Below, piece by piece: positions 31,000 to 42,316 of a DNA stretch of 64,000 nt. The notes beneath the pieces were generated by a model. It searched no databases, had not been told where the DNA came from, and was given only the letters and a program-made list of their open reading frames with translations. The position numbers were made by a program, and so were the translations under genes. Each line of letters begins with the position of its first letter. Position 1 is the stretch's first letter. Source of the DNA: a virus; the IMG/VR virus record IMGVR_UViG_3300042896_000648, positions 14,549 to 78,548 of that record; one strand, 5' to 3'.

Positions 31000-32934
31000 T
31001 TATAAGTCTAATGTATAAGGAACTAAAATACTTGCTAATTGTAGACCTTCATTCATTTGTATTAAATCAGCTTCTATACCAGTAATATCAGTATTTTCAA
31101 GAGCATCTACTTTAGTCTTAATTTCTTGCGAAGTTGATTCAAGAGCTATTCCAGTAAGGTCAGTATTTACTAAAGTGTCAGTTTTATCCTTTATACTCTG
31201 CGAAGTGCTTTCTAAAGCTACTAAGCTCAAATCAGTATTTTCTAAAGCATCTACTTTAGTTTTAATTTCTTGCGAAGTTGATTCTAGGGCTACTAGACTA
31301 AGGTCAGTATTTACTAGCATATCAGTTTTTGTTTTAATACTCTGTGATGTAGATTCTAAGGACACCAGACTAAGGTCAGTATTTACTAAAGAATCAGTTT
31401 TTGTTTTAATACTCTGTGATGTAGACTCTAGTGCAACTAGACTTAAATCTGTATTCACCAAAATATCCGTTTTGGCTTTTATTGCTGTTATATCGCTGTT
31501 ATTTGGTGCTGTATAGCCTGAAGTTGCTAATCTTGAACTTACCGTTACATCCAACTTTGTTGAATTACTATCTATCTCTGCTCTAATTGACGAAGCTGTT
31601 GGCGGTGCTGTATAACTTGAACTTGCCAACCTTGAACCTACTGTTGCATCCAATTTTGTAGAATTGGTGTCAATTTCGCTCCTTATCGCAATTGCTGTAG
31701 GTGGTGTTGTATATCCACTTGTTGCAAGTCTGCTTGAAACCGTTGCATCAACATTATCTTTCAATAATTTTCCAAAACTTCCAACCGTATTAAAATCAGT
31801 TCCTGAAAGTAATTTTGTTAATATTTCAGTTGCAATTAATGCCGGTGTAGTTGAATATGTACCTACTGTATTATCGGTCGCCACGTCCTTAACTACGTTA
31901 CTTGGTGAAGGCACTATCAAAGTTCCTGTTTGTGTTCCGTTATTGTAAGTTATTCCGCTTCTTACATTGGCAATTGCCGGAACTAAGTTTGATACGTTCA
32001 ATGGGTCCGATAATGCAACTGTTGTTCCGTTCTGTTTTAAAACATTGGCTGTATTATCAGTTCCATTTTCAAATCTAATATAGCCTGAAATTGGTGTTTG
32101 CCCTGCCGAACCGAAAATAATATTTTTTACTCGTGTAATGCCGCCCAATACTGCACCATTTACCCCAGCTGCTAGTATATTGGTTGATGAACTTGCGGTT
32201 GCTGTAGTTACTGTCAAAGTTCCTGTACTTGCATTATTTGCCCCTGACGCTCCGGACACTATTCCTCCCGTGGAGTTTCCTATTATGGTAATTATGCCTA
32301 TGCTCGTGTTCTGTGTGCCAAAATTACTTGTTGCACTACCACCATTGCAATTACCTGTTATATTTACTGTTCCTGAACTATTATTTCTAGCACCATGAGC
32401 ATCTACCCCACTACCACCATTGCAATTACCTGTTATATTTACTGTTCCTGAACTATTATTTCTAGCACCATCACTTCTACCGGTTCCACTACCGCCATTG
32501 CAATTACCTGTTATGTTTACTGTTCCTGAACTATTATTATTGACGCCATAAGTATCTAACGAACTACCGCCATTGCAATTACCTGTTATAGTAAATGTTC
32601 CTGAACTATTATTATTAATGCCATACGATGCAGATGCACTACCACCATTGCAATTACCTATCCAATTGCAACCATTAGCTGTATAAGTTAAGCAAGCTGT
32701 TGTTCCTGCATAAATATCAGCTGTGCCATTATAGGCGGTTGATAACGTAAAACCACCTCCGGCATTAATACCCGTATTGGATTGGGTACGAATACTTAAT
32801 ACATTTATTACCTGATTGACGGTAACAGTGAAGCCATTGGCATAAACATCATCTGAACTTGTTGGTAACGCTCCCGTATTCCAAACGGTAATATCACTCC
32901 AATTGCCTGTTTTGGTCGCATATACATTAGCCAT
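31000..32934 (-). CDS. Tail fibre-like repeat protein
   Basis: About 24-aa NNSSGTVNITGNCNGGS repeats, then LDATV.SRLA repeats, then 22-aa TDLSLVALESTSQ repeats. Confidence 0.7.
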   Translation of the reverse strand: MANVYATKTGNWSDITVWNTGALPTSSDDVYANGFTVTVNQVINVLSIRTQSNTGINAGGGFTLSTAYNGTADIYAGTTACLTYTANGCNWIGNCNGGSASASYGINNNSSGTFTITGNCNGGSSLDTYGVNNNSSGTVNITGNCNGGSGTGRSDGARNNSSGTVNITGNCNGGSGVDAHGARNNSSGTVNITGNCNGGSATSNFGTQNTSIGIITIIGNSTGGIVSGASGANNASTGTLTVTTATASSSTNILAAGVNGAVLGGITRVKNIIFGSAGQTPISGYIRFENGTDNTANVLKQNGTTVALSDPLNVSNLVPAIANVRSGITYNNGTQTGTLIVPSPSNVVKDVATDNTVGTYSTTPALIATEILTKLLSGTDFNTVGSFGKLLKDNVDATVSSRLATSGYTTPPTAIAIRSEIDTNSTKLDATVGSRLASSSYTAPPTASSIRAEIDSNSTKLDVTVSSRLATSGYTAPNNSDITAIKAKTDILVNTDLSLVALESTSQSIKTKTDSLVNTDLSLVSLESTSQSIKTKTDMLVNTDLSLVALESTSQEIKTKVDALENTDLSLVALESTSQSIKDKTDTLVNTDLTGIALESTSQEIKTKVDALENTDITGIEADLIQMNEGLQLASILVPYTLDL

Positions 32935-32937
32935 GTC

Positions 32938-33216
32938 TTATATTGCTTTACTTGTTAAATATTCCTGAATAGCTGATTTAACCTTACCAACCGCCAACAA
33001 AATATGACTATCTGAACTTGCCATAATATTAGGAAAGATAATCGGTTTTGGCATAAATTCAGGGTCTGTTAAAAATTCATTTATCCCGTTTTCGGTTCTC
33101 ATTGGTGTTAAAGTCAACACCGTTGCAACTCCGTTTTCATTTTCGTTAATGACCAAACTAATTCCGTATTGATCCCAAATCTTACCGCCTGCTTCAAATG
33201 GTTGTGTAATTATCAT
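32938..33216 (-). CDS. Small fibre-associated protein
   Basis: Position next to the fibre gene. Confidence 0.4.
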   Translation of the reverse strand: MIITQPFEAGGKIWDQYGISLVINENENGVATVLTLTPMRTENGINEFLTDPEFMPKPIIFPNIMASSDSHILLAVGKVKSAIQEYLTSKAI

Positions 33217-33227
33217 ATTATTGTTTA

Positions 33228-34106
33228 TTAAAAATATCGTTCTATAATTAAGTTACTCAAAACACCACCGCTAAAAGTTGAATAAAAACTGTCAATCCCT
33301 GTGGCAACGTATCTGTAACGGTTAATTGAACCTGAATATAGATAAGTGTAAACCGTTCCCCCCGTTATTAGTGTGGTTGTAGTCATTGTTCCTGCTGTTA
33401 CCAAATCAATCCAACTAAACTTGTTCTTCCAAAGTCCCGAGCTTGAATCATAAAATAATCCCTGCCTATTAAGTTGTGATGCAATAGTTACATCTTGTAT
33501 ATCATCTAAACTTATTGCAGAACTAGAACTTGCAATCCACTCTACATTATAATCAGTTCCATCAATCTTAGCTAATACATCTCCTTCTTCTCCGCCTGGC
33601 GGTATTCCTATTACACTTGTAGTACAGTCTTCACTTTTTCTTTCTCTACAGCTATAGTTGTATTCAGTAGTACAAGATAGTGAAAAGTCATCTCCTATTA
33701 TTACTTTATACTCTCCTGCATAGTTTTGGAATGGCCTATTTTCATCTTCTACAAAGTATTTATCATATATTCCTTGCGAATCTAGGGTTACGTCTACGCT
33801 ATTAAACTCACTCGATAGTAACCCTAATACTTCTTTATAGTCATCATAATCATCTGAAAGTATAGTTATAGTAAGTGGTACTTTTGAATAGCCTGATTGG
33901 TCTACTGTAAATGGGTCTACTGTATAAAACACGAGCACTCCTCTATCATACGTCACGGGTGTAAAGTTACTTGTTTGCCCTACTTTTCTTAATACGTCTA
34001 CCATTTCGGTATCTATCCTAGATTTCGTCATTTCTACTAACCCTGCGTATTTTGCACGGTCATCGAATACGCTTTCTAAAATATCTTGTACGTCTTGTAG
34101 TGTCAT
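33228..34106 (-). CDS. Putative tail completion protein with a fibre-like C-terminal module
   Basis: Follows the neck gene. C-terminal GG..GDVLAK.DGTDYN.EW and LDDIQDVTI...YDSSSGLWKN motifs. Confidence 0.4.
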   Translation of the reverse strand: MTLQDVQDILESVFDDRAKYAGLVEMTKSRIDTEMVDVLRKVGQTSNFTPVTYDRGVLVFYTVDPFTVDQSGYSKVPLTITILSDDYDDYKEVLGLLSSEFNSVDVTLDSQGIYDKYFVEDENRPFQNYAGEYKVIIGDDFSLSCTTEYNYSCRERKSEDCTTSVIGIPPGGEEGDVLAKIDGTDYNVEWIASSSSAISLDDIQDVTIASQLNRQGLFYDSSSGLWKNKFSWIDLVTAGTMTTTTLITGGTVYTYLYSGSINRYRYVATGIDSFYSTFSGGVLSNLIIERYF

Positions 34107-34121
34107 AACTTCGTTATATAT

Positions 34122-34607
34122 CTATAATTGTTTTTTCCAGAGTTTACCTATTTTATTTAGTTCTCCTTTTGTTGGTTTAAATATATCTCCCTGTATTTCT
34201 TCGTGGTAGGCTGCTAATACTCCGTAACTTATGTTCCTGCCTGGTACTCTTCCGTTCTTTACATAAAACTGAAGTATAAACTTAAAGTTCTGTGCCTTCT
34301 TATAGTTCTTTCTGTAGGTGAAGTTATTGTAAAGCCCACCAGAGTACTTTAATGTCATTCTACTAGTAGTTAGTCCTGCATCTGCCCTGTCTTCGCCTTG
34401 CCACCTAGAGTATATGTCTCCCTCATATTTGTCGGTTGATTTTGTTCTCATTTGTTTTCCGCTAGAGTTCTTACCTTCTTCTATTCGCTTTAGTATAAGC
34501 TTTCTAGCTTCTATCGCTACATCATTGGTTACTTCAATAACCTTTCCATAGTATAGCTCTACTTTCTTAATCACATCGTCAAAGCCACGGGTGTTCATTA
34601 ATATCAT
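34122..34607 (-). CDS. Putative neck / tail-completion protein
   Basis: Basic 161-aa protein with R...G..T....L..SG.L pattern, in the head-tail region. Confidence 0.45.
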   Translation of the reverse strand: MILMNTRGFDDVIKKVELYYGKVIEVTNDVAIEARKLILKRIEEGKNSSGKQMRTKSTDKYEGDIYSRWQGEDRADAGLTTSRMTLKYSGGLYNNFTYRKNYKKAQNFKFILQFYVKNGRVPGRNISYGVLAAYHEEIQGDIFKPTKGELNKIGKLWKKQL

Positions 34608-36103
34608 TGCTCACAATTATAACGCCACTGCTGAGTGCTTTGATACTTTCCATTTATAAAAGGAATCACTATATTTTCGTCTCCGTTTTCCACTAATTCA
34701 CCGTTCTTCTTTTGCATGATAGATCCAAAGTCTTCTTTCATTTCATATCCTGCATTGTTTGTCATTTTAAAATTAGAGAATTTAACTCCATTCGTTCCGT
34801 AGTTTACAAGTTGAAATACAGATTGAGTTAAGTCCACGTGTTCTTCGGCTACATCAATCCCGTTCTTAGATATTACTTCAAACTCGTCAGAGTTAGGATA
34901 GAATGCAATCTCAATGAATTTAGAGTGGTCTTTTTCCATCACGTATCTAAGTTTACTAATTTCAGTGGCTGAAACAGCTCTAAAGTAATCAAATGTCTGA
35001 TACTGATTATTTCCAAAGTCAACTTGAAATCTTTCTAAGCTAATTTTTCCATCTACTATAAAATTAATAAATACTCCACGATGTAGGTTCTCACCTTGTT
35101 GTTTTACTACTCCTACAGTATCGTGTAGTGTAAGGTTGGCAGTAATGCTTTCTCCTTTGTTTAATTGCTTGTAGAATAATGTTTCAGGCTTTTTTAGGCC
35201 ACACGGATAGTACACGAAGTAAGCAGCGTCTTTAGCGTCTATCAAGGTTAGTACAATTGGGTAATCTATATTACTGTTGTTTTGATACTCTACTTTATAA
35301 GTTCCTTCAGGTAGGATTAATCTAGTGCTTGTTGGGTGGTTGTTCTTTAAGTCGTCAGGGTGCGAGCCTAGATTAAATGCATTATTCATTTCTTTAGGAA
35401 ATTCATTATCACTTGCTTCTAAGTTATAAATAACTCGCCCATCTCTGCTTAATTGAAACTTCATTCCAGAGTTACCATATTCACTTCTACCGGCACTCCA
35501 AGCACTTGTTTGAAACTGAATCTTTTTAGATAACTTAATTCTTTGGTTTAAAGGTGCAATGTTTAATTGCGGTATTTTAAGTGCGAATGAATTAGTGGTC
35601 TGTATTTCTATAGGTTTAGATGTGACTACTGTTGATGTATTTGTTACAGTAGTTACTTCACTTACTACTGTAGTTCCACCTATCTTATAGCTACCTGGTG
35701 CTCCGCAAGCTCCCGAGTTTACTTCTACATCTACATAGTTTCCTGTTCCTATTTCTCTTATCTTTAGCTTCCAAGTAGTGCTTGATGGCATCCAAAGTGA
35801 GTTACCTCCTACGTAAGTTCCCAACAGCACCTCTGAAGGTACATTGGTAGTCCAGCTTATATTCTTTTGCTTACCTCCATCTACATCACAAGCTACTGAA
35901 ATCTTAAAGTTCGATACTTGAAGTGATGAAATTGATGGTATAACTGATGGAGTAACTAATGGCGTTTCTGATGGATTTGGTGTTTGAATTACCTCTACCT
36001 TACTAGCTATCTTAGCATCAAATATTGCTCTTACAGCTCTTATTTGTTCGCCTGTAAGGTTGTTTAAAAGCACGAAAGGCTCGTTTGTTTCTATGATTTT
36101 CAT
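34604..36103 (-). CDS. Hypothetical beta-rich protein, possibly virion-associated
   Basis: 499-aa ORF in the late region. Confidence 0.45.
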   Translation of the reverse strand: MKIIETNEPFVLLNNLTGEQIRAVRAIFDAKIASKVEVIQTPNPSETPLVTPSVIPSISSLQVSNFKISVACDVDGGKQKNISWTTNVPSEVLLGTYVGGNSLWMPSSTTWKLKIREIGTGNYVDVEVNSGACGAPGSYKIGGTTVVSEVTTVTNTSTVVTSKPIEIQTTNSFALKIPQLNIAPLNQRIKLSKKIQFQTSAWSAGRSEYGNSGMKFQLSRDGRVIYNLEASDNEFPKEMNNAFNLGSHPDDLKNNHPTSTRLILPEGTYKVEYQNNSNIDYPIVLTLIDAKDAAYFVYYPCGLKKPETLFYKQLNKGESITANLTLHDTVGVVKQQGENLHRGVFINFIVDGKISLERFQVDFGNNQYQTFDYFRAVSATEISKLRYVMEKDHSKFIEIAFYPNSDEFEVISKNGIDVAEEHVDLTQSVFQLVNYGTNGVKFSNFKMTNNAGYEMKEDFGSIMQKKNGELVENGDENIVIPFINGKYQSTQQWRYNCEQ

Positions 36104-36360
36104 AATATTGGGTATCTCCTTATTTTTATTTTGTCTGCTACTCCTGTTTTAAATGTTATGCAACCTGTCTTACCACTGTCTACGAATACTGTTCTGCATA
36201 GTACGTCGTTAATAAATAGTTCGCATGATATATCTGTTAATCCTGCATTAATATAAAGGCTGTATCTTGATTTATCACTTAGTTTCCATATCTCTCCTAC
36301 TACCTCGTAATGTGAGTCAAATATTATATCTCCGTTGCTTTTTACTAATTTAAACATATT

Positions 36361-36774
36361 CTAAAGTTCTAGTCCGGTATTTCCTTGGTATATGTTTTGT
36401 AGGTCATGCATATACCTCAATGTTCTAATACCCATTATTGATATGTCTTCTTTATCTAGGCTAGGTATACTGTATTCAATAATCCATGAATTATCAATAT
36501 TTGAGCTAATGTGTATTTTATACCAATATGTTTTCTTATACTTTTCGTCAAATATACTTACATTTTTTTCTCCTCCTAAATTAAAGTCGCCTGTTCCTAT
36601 ATATCTATAAGTTTTATATCCAAACCTTTCAAGTTCTTCTATACTTATAGGCATTCCATCAATGTGATTATATTCGTATTTATAATTAAGTAATTCACTT
36701 ATTGATTCAACTATAACCCTTTCGCCATTTAATGAAACTATATTACCTATTCTTAACTCTTCTTTTTTTATCAT
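36361..36774 (-). CDS. Hypothetical protein (paralog of 60155-60559)
   Basis: Shared KEE.RIGN.V ... H.LQN motifs. Confidence 0.55.
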   Translation of the reverse strand: MIKKEELRIGNIVSLNGERVIVESISELLNYKYEYNHIDGMPISIEELERFGYKTYRYIGTGDFNLGGEKNVSIFDEKYKKTYWYKIHISSNIDNSWIIEYSIPSLDKEDISIMGIRTLRYMHDLQNIYQGNTGLEL

Positions 36775-36776
36775 TT

Positions 36777-37721
36777 TTATACGTAGCTTGTTAGCATTGG
36801 TTTATTTGCCAGTCTTGAATTGCACGACCAACATATCGAATCATCCGTTATCTTATACAGGTTGGTTAAAGCCAAATCCATTAAGGTATTGAATTTCTTC
36901 TTTAATATCGGTATGGTGAACTCTAGTACAGTCTTATTATTAGCATCTGAATACCAACCTCTTTCGTACGAGTTCACTTTGTGGTCTAGTATACTTAAAG
37001 CGAGGAAGTAATTCATTGCATTAATAAAAAACTCAGGGTAGTTACATATCATAGTTTCAAAGTTGCACCTTATTTGGGCATCCACGCAAAAGTACTTAAT
37101 ATCGGTCTGCGTGAATACGTTTCCTTCTAGTGTTCCATAGTCGGTTTCTTCTCCACAGCCACACTTAGGTTCACCGCATAACACAGAGGTTAAGGTAGTG
37201 GAGTTTTTTATTCCTACAAAAAGATTCTTTTCGGGGTCTGTTACTGTGTAGTCAACCTTAATCTTGTTTCGGCCTTTTACTAGAGTCTCAGTATTGTTGT
37301 AAAGCAAGTTTCCGTCCACTAGGTTAATGATTACTACGTCTACCGTTCCTGCTGTATGTACATTAAAGTTTAGGTGGTTCAATCTATACTCTACAAATTC
37401 ATGGGTTGGTATCTCTACTTTATATCCTACTAAATCACTAGGGTTAATAGATATGTAATGTGCTGGGTCACTTGTGAATGTGTTAGTTTCGCTAATAATA
37501 TGGTTAAATGATTTTTCACCGCTAAATTTAAGTTCTGCTTCTATTAAAAATTGTTTATACGCACTAGCCTTTAGGTTATTAAACCATTCTGTTAGTGTTC
37601 TCTTTTGTTCGTCTTTTATGCTCGATACTAAGTTTACGGGTATCCCAGGTATGTCATCTACATAATACTCACTTGTGTTTCCACATAGTCGTAGTCCAAT
37701 TTTATCGGTTAGGCAATTCAT
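36777..37721 (-). CDS. Putative head-tail adaptor
   Basis: Position and MNCLTD.IGL N-terminus, Cys-rich like the other virion proteins. Confidence 0.45.
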   Translation of the reverse strand: MNCLTDKIGLRLCGNTSEYYVDDIPGIPVNLVSSIKDEQKRTLTEWFNNLKASAYKQFLIEAELKFSGEKSFNHIISETNTFTSDPAHYISINPSDLVGYKVEIPTHEFVEYRLNHLNFNVHTAGTVDVVIINLVDGNLLYNNTETLVKGRNKIKVDYTVTDPEKNLFVGIKNSTTLTSVLCGEPKCGCGEETDYGTLEGNVFTQTDIKYFCVDAQIRCNFETMICNYPEFFINAMNYFLALSILDHKVNSYERGWYSDANNKTVLEFTIPILKKKFNTLMDLALTNLYKITDDSICWSCNSRLANKPMLTSYV

Positions 37722-37730
37722 TGTATATTT

Positions 37731-39095
37731 TTAAAATTTATCTAATGGGCAAGGTGAGTCAGAAAATAATTTGGCTTCTTCTATGCATCCACATCCCGTT
37801 ACTCCGTTTACTTCTTTCTTAGTTGAGCATACAGGTATTCCTAGCATCCTTCCTCGTAGTGGGCATTCTTTACAAATGGCTTTCTTCCTCTTGTATTCGT
37901 CTACGTATTCATCACTTATATTATTAAGCACTCTGTATCTGAACAGGTTGGAGTAGCCTACTATTATAGCTTCTGCTGTACCTCTTACTCTGTACCACCA
38001 CTGCTTCAAGTCAGCTATTATGTATTTACTTTTTACCACAGATACTACAAGGTTTTGGTTTTGATTTATAAGGCGTGCTTTTACTCGCACTCTTTATGCT
38101 ATTGGTTGTTTTTCCTAGTATTTTCATAACTTATCGTTCAAAAAGTTGTAATGTTATTGTATTTCCTAATTGATTTTTTAGTACTGTTATTCCTCGCTTC
38201 TTTAGGTAGCTTTTTAGGCTTTCGGATCCGTAGGCGTATTCAAAGAATAACTTTAGTTCTTCTACTTTTTCGTTTATCGCTAAGTATCCGCTACCTGGTT
38301 TATACTCTACTCTTATTGCATTCAATCCGTTTAGCTTTAGGTTTGTTCCGCAACAAATATCTTGTATGCTACCTACCTTTACGGTGTCGTAAACGTCTAG
38401 TTGGTATTTCCCATTTGGTAATTCTACTCTTCTGTATTCCATTTTACACGCAACTCTTAGCTACTTCGTCTCCATTTTCGTCAATAAATTCTACATCCTG
38501 CATACCTATATAGGTTACTACTACATTCGTGCCTACTATTGAGGCTACAAATGCTCCAGCTTCAATTGCGTCTAATTCGTCTTCAAATAATGGATTCACA
38601 GCTAGTATGCTGTTTACCATTGGTGGGTTCTGAATAGTTGTTGTGGCTGTGCCGTATCTTATTTGTGTTATCATGTTTAATGTCCAAGTACAGTTATATG
38701 TTATGTTAGTCCAAGTACAATCGTAGTATGGAAAATCCCATGTGCAAGTGGTTTCTATCCCTCCGTTTAGTCTGAGGTAGCCAGTTTCACAATTGTCTGA
38801 TATGTTTAGTTCAAGCCCACAAACAGTACTTGCATTATAAGGTATTGCAATATCTATTCCTTGTAGGTCTTTAATATTTATTTGAATCTTATTAAAGTGG
38901 AAGTAATCGCTAGGCTTAAAATCTACCTTAACTATCTGTCCTACTCCTATTTGTAGTGTTTTACAAAGTGTACCACCGCCATAAAGCTTGATATAAACCT
39001 GTACAAATGAACCTACAGGCTTATCCAAGTATAGGATAAAGCCATCGTTGCACTTATTCAAATAAGGTGTTTCACTGCAAAAGTCTGTACACATA
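37731..39095 (-). other. Late-region ORFs (37731-38090 Cys-rich Zn-binding-like, 38131-38442, 38444-39095)
   Basis: CKECP..CS..GCGC..CP motif. Late-type promoter variant at 39107-39130. Confidence 0.5.
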
Positions 39096-39130
39096 TTTTT
39101 TTTTATCAAATATACAAAATAATTTCGGTT

Positions 39131-39979
39131 TTAAATTAATTCAAATTGATTTCTTTTTAAATGACAAACCCCTCCATCTACATCTACAATATAATCATCT
39201 TCATAAGTCCCAATTATATTACCTTCATCTCCTATCATAAAACCTATACCATCGTTGTTGGTTACTCTTACCTTATCGCCTACTTTTGGTTCTCGTTCTA
39301 TTAATTCAAATTGATCTCTTGTTAAATTATAGTTATCATTATCGCTAAAACAAAGGAATATATGATTGTATATACCTTTAATCTCAACTTTATCTCCAAT
39401 CATAAATCTATTATCAAGTTCACTATTAATTATTATTGCCTTATCACCTACTTTTGGTTCTCTTTTTGGTAGTGGTGTATTAATTACTTTTTCAATATTA
39501 TTCTTCAGAGCCTTTGCGGAATCAAAATATGTTTCAGTGCCATCTTTTGTTTTACAACTTTCTTTTATAGCGTCAAAAAATTCCTTATTTGCATTATAGC
39601 CATCTTCGATATTTAATTCAGATGTTGGCTCATATTTCCTTTGCTTTACTTTTTGTCCAGAATTCTCTAAATCACTTCCATCCTTCTCATTCCTTATCAT
39701 ATCTAGTAATATATTGTAGTTACAAAGGTCTTTTAAGTTATCCTGTACGCTTTCGTTATTAGGTTTTTTTTCTTGTTTAAGTAGATTACCTAGCCTCACT
39801 GTTTTAGTGGCTATAAACACCATTAAAACCTGCTCTACAGGTACGCTAGTTATTTCTGATACAAGCTTGAAGAGGGATAGTACGTCTTCGCCTGTATAGT
39901 CTTGCCCTTTCGATAGCATAGTGTCGCCCATTTCTTTTACAAATGAGTTAAATAGTTTTTCTTGTGTTTCTCTTTTCAT
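39131..39979 (-). CDS. DUF1599-like nucleotide-modification-associated domain fused to two SH3/KOW-like repeats
   Basis: K..DY..D....F..K..RL.NL..NES..D...DL.NY pattern and duplicated REPKVGDK..FMIGD..QFELI. Confidence 0.55.
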   Translation of the reverse strand: MKRETQEKLFNSFVKEMGDTMLSKGQDYTGEDVLSLFKLVSEITSVPVEQVLMVFIATKTVRLGNLLKQEKKPNNESVQDNLKDLCNYNILLDMIRNEKDGSDLENSGQKVKQRKYEPTSELNIEDGYNANKEFFDAIKESCKTKDGTETYFDSAKALKNNIEKVINTPLPKREPKVGDKAIIINSELDNRFMIGDKVEIKGIYNHIFLCFSDNDNYNLTRDQFELIEREPKVGDKVRVTNNDGIGFMIGDEGNIIGTYEDDYIVDVDGGVCHLKRNQFELI

Positions 39980-40023
39980 TTTGTTTTTTTTAACAAATAT
40001 AACACTTTAATTTTTATAAACAA

Positions 40024-40052
40024 AAAATCCTAAATAAATATATCTAGGATTT
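40024..40052 (-). terminator. Intrinsic terminator
   Basis: AAATCCTA..TAGGATTT hairpin with a minus-strand T-run. Confidence 0.55.
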
Positions 40053-40890
40053 CTGAATCGGGTTAAAAATGAAAAAAAATGTTTCTTAAAATGCTATTTG
40101 AACACGTTCCTTGCAGTCACTTACTTAAAAGACTTTATGATACTCTTTATAGTTATCTTTCCGTCTTGTCTCATGTGGTTCAAAAAGTTCTCTGCCTGTA
40201 TTTTGTCAAAGCCATGCCCTATTATCATTTCAATAAGGAAGTTTATTTCTTCTTCGTCTAGGTCTTTTATCTCAGCACCTACTTGCTTAAACTTTACTTT
40301 AAGTAGTGGTACTAGCTTTATCAAGATTAGGAGAAATCTCTCTCTGCCTACAATACTCTTTACTAATACTAGTATTGTTTCTACTATTTTTTGTATGTTT
40401 TCTATGTTCATATTCGCTTTAAAATTGGTTCTTATTTAAAATTGGTTCTATATGTTTCTTTTTGGTTTTTTTGGAATTATTACTTTGTCTACTGCACTGT
40501 CAGAATCCTTTAATTCATCCTTTAATCTCGCTATCTTTATTTTTAAATTATTTTTAAAAAAAGAATATATCTGTTTGTCTGTTTTTATTTTACTTATATA
40601 TATCTTATAATAAGGCTTATAAGCAGTATAGTCTGGCTTATAAGCACTATTTGGATTATCTATATGATAATGGTCACAGTTTAAGTATCTTGCTACTTTT
40701 TGTATCTCTAGTATATTTGGCTCTTTTTCTGTTTCTATTGTCGCTATGGTAGTTGTGTATGGGTCTGATAAGCAACCGTATTCGGTTTTATCCAAAACTA
40801 CTTTTCCATCTACCACATTTACTATATCAATATTAGGAAATATTTCCTTTGCTTTATCTATATTCATTTTTTATTTATTTTACTTAGCTA

Positions 40891-40966
40891 CGTTATTCGT
40901 TTCACTCACGCCTCGTTATTCGCTTTACTCATATTCAACTACGCCTCGTTATTCGCTTTGTTCATG
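40891..40966 (-). repeat. Tandem 33-bp-period repeat encoding mini-ORFs
   Basis: ACGCCTCGTTATTCGCTTT at 40908 and 40941, partial copy at 40891. Confidence 0.7.
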
Positions 40967-40970
40967 TTCT

Positions 40971-41504
40971 TTAAGCTTCGTTAGTTGATATTTTTCCTGT
41001 TGTTGTTACAAATCTTTTTACTGCACTAGCGGGTCGCACCTTATATTCGTTTCGTGCTCCTAGTAGCCTGCTTTTGCTTATTGGCATTATATTCACCATG
41101 TCATTCTGATTACCGCCTATTACATGAAAGTTCTTACTGTCTTCCCCTACATACATTGCTACGTGTCCGCCACCTCCTACTCTACTAAATACTAATATGT
41201 CGCCTACTGCTTCTTCGCCTTTCTTTACTTCATTGCCAAACTTTAGCCAATTTCTTGCCCACAGATAATTATCAGGTACTACTTTCCCTGCTCTATGAGC
41301 GCATATTGCCATTGCTAATCCACACCAAGCTATTTCATCTTTTGTGTACATTAGGCTTTCTTGCCCTCCTATTTCTTTTGCCCATCCTATTATTTCTTTG
41401 TTGTTCTCAAAGCCTGCTCTCTCTTCTGTTCCATAAAGTTTTAGTGCTTCGGCCACCATTTTAGGCGGGTTTTCTAATAAATAATTATATTGTTTTGGTA
41501 TCAT
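40971..41504 (-). CDS. Endolysin, TIGR02594 / NlpC-P60-CHAP-like peptidase
   Basis: DEIAWCG, AR.WL.FG, GDILVF.R.GGGHV..Y, GGNQ.D.V motifs. Confidence 0.85.
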   Translation of the reverse strand: MIPKQYNYLLENPPKMVAEALKLYGTEERAGFENNKEIIGWAKEIGGQESLMYTKDEIAWCGLAMAICAHRAGKVVPDNYLWARNWLKFGNEVKKGEEAVGDILVFSRVGGGGHVAMYVGEDSKNFHVIGGNQNDMVNIMPISKSRLLGARNEYKVRPASAVKRFVTTTGKISTNEA

Positions 41505-42316
41505 ATTTTAAAGTTCTACCATTTTCACGGCAAGTTTAATCACTAATTCTTCTAATTTTTTTCTATTCTCTTTGCTTAATGCGTATTCGTATTCTAGTGA
41601 GCCATTTTTTTCAAATGCTACGCCCCAAGTTATTGCGGTACTTATACTCGCTATTCTGTCTTGATAGCCCTTTATGTTAGTTTCTTTTATTACAGACTTT
41701 ACTTCAGCGGCACTAGGTATGTAGGTCTCTTCTATCATGTCAGTTCGTCTATGTTTATATTGTGAGTATCAAGTATTTCATAAATTCTTTTATAAACGAG
41801 TTCAAGTGCTTCGTATTTATCCAGTTCATTTGCATCTAATTGCCACTCTATCTGTTTTCTTGTGTTGTGGGTTATATCCCACAAAGCTAAGTACAGGTCA
41901 GATGATTTTACTGCTCTTAAATGTCCTATTCTGTCTTCGGGTTCATCAAGATTAAATTTTAGTATTGCTTTCATAAATCTTAATAGACCTCCTCCAATTT
42001 CTGATTAACATTTCGTCGATTATCGTTTTGCTATTCAGCCTGTCAATCTGCAACTGAAGGAGGTTTACTTTCTCAAATATAATATCTTTTTCTTTATTTT
42101 GCAAGTTTTAGAATAATTAATCTTTTGCGTAGTCTTTCCAATCACTAAAAAATCCATTAGGAAATAACCTTAAATCAAATTTTGTTTTAATTGAATCTAA
42201 ATGTTCTTTCGATTTAAATTCCTCTAGCATTTTTTTCATTTCTTTTCTTAAAGATTCTTCTTTATTTGCTTCCATACATCTTAAAATATGTGTGTGATTA
42301 AGTTTTTGCTTTGTGA

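Noticed and set aside
31080-32660. Regular DNA repeats as a CRISPR array or DGR template/variable repeat
   Set aside because: The repeats are in-frame protein repeats. There are no cas or reverse transcriptase genes and I noticed no adenine-specific mismatch pattern.
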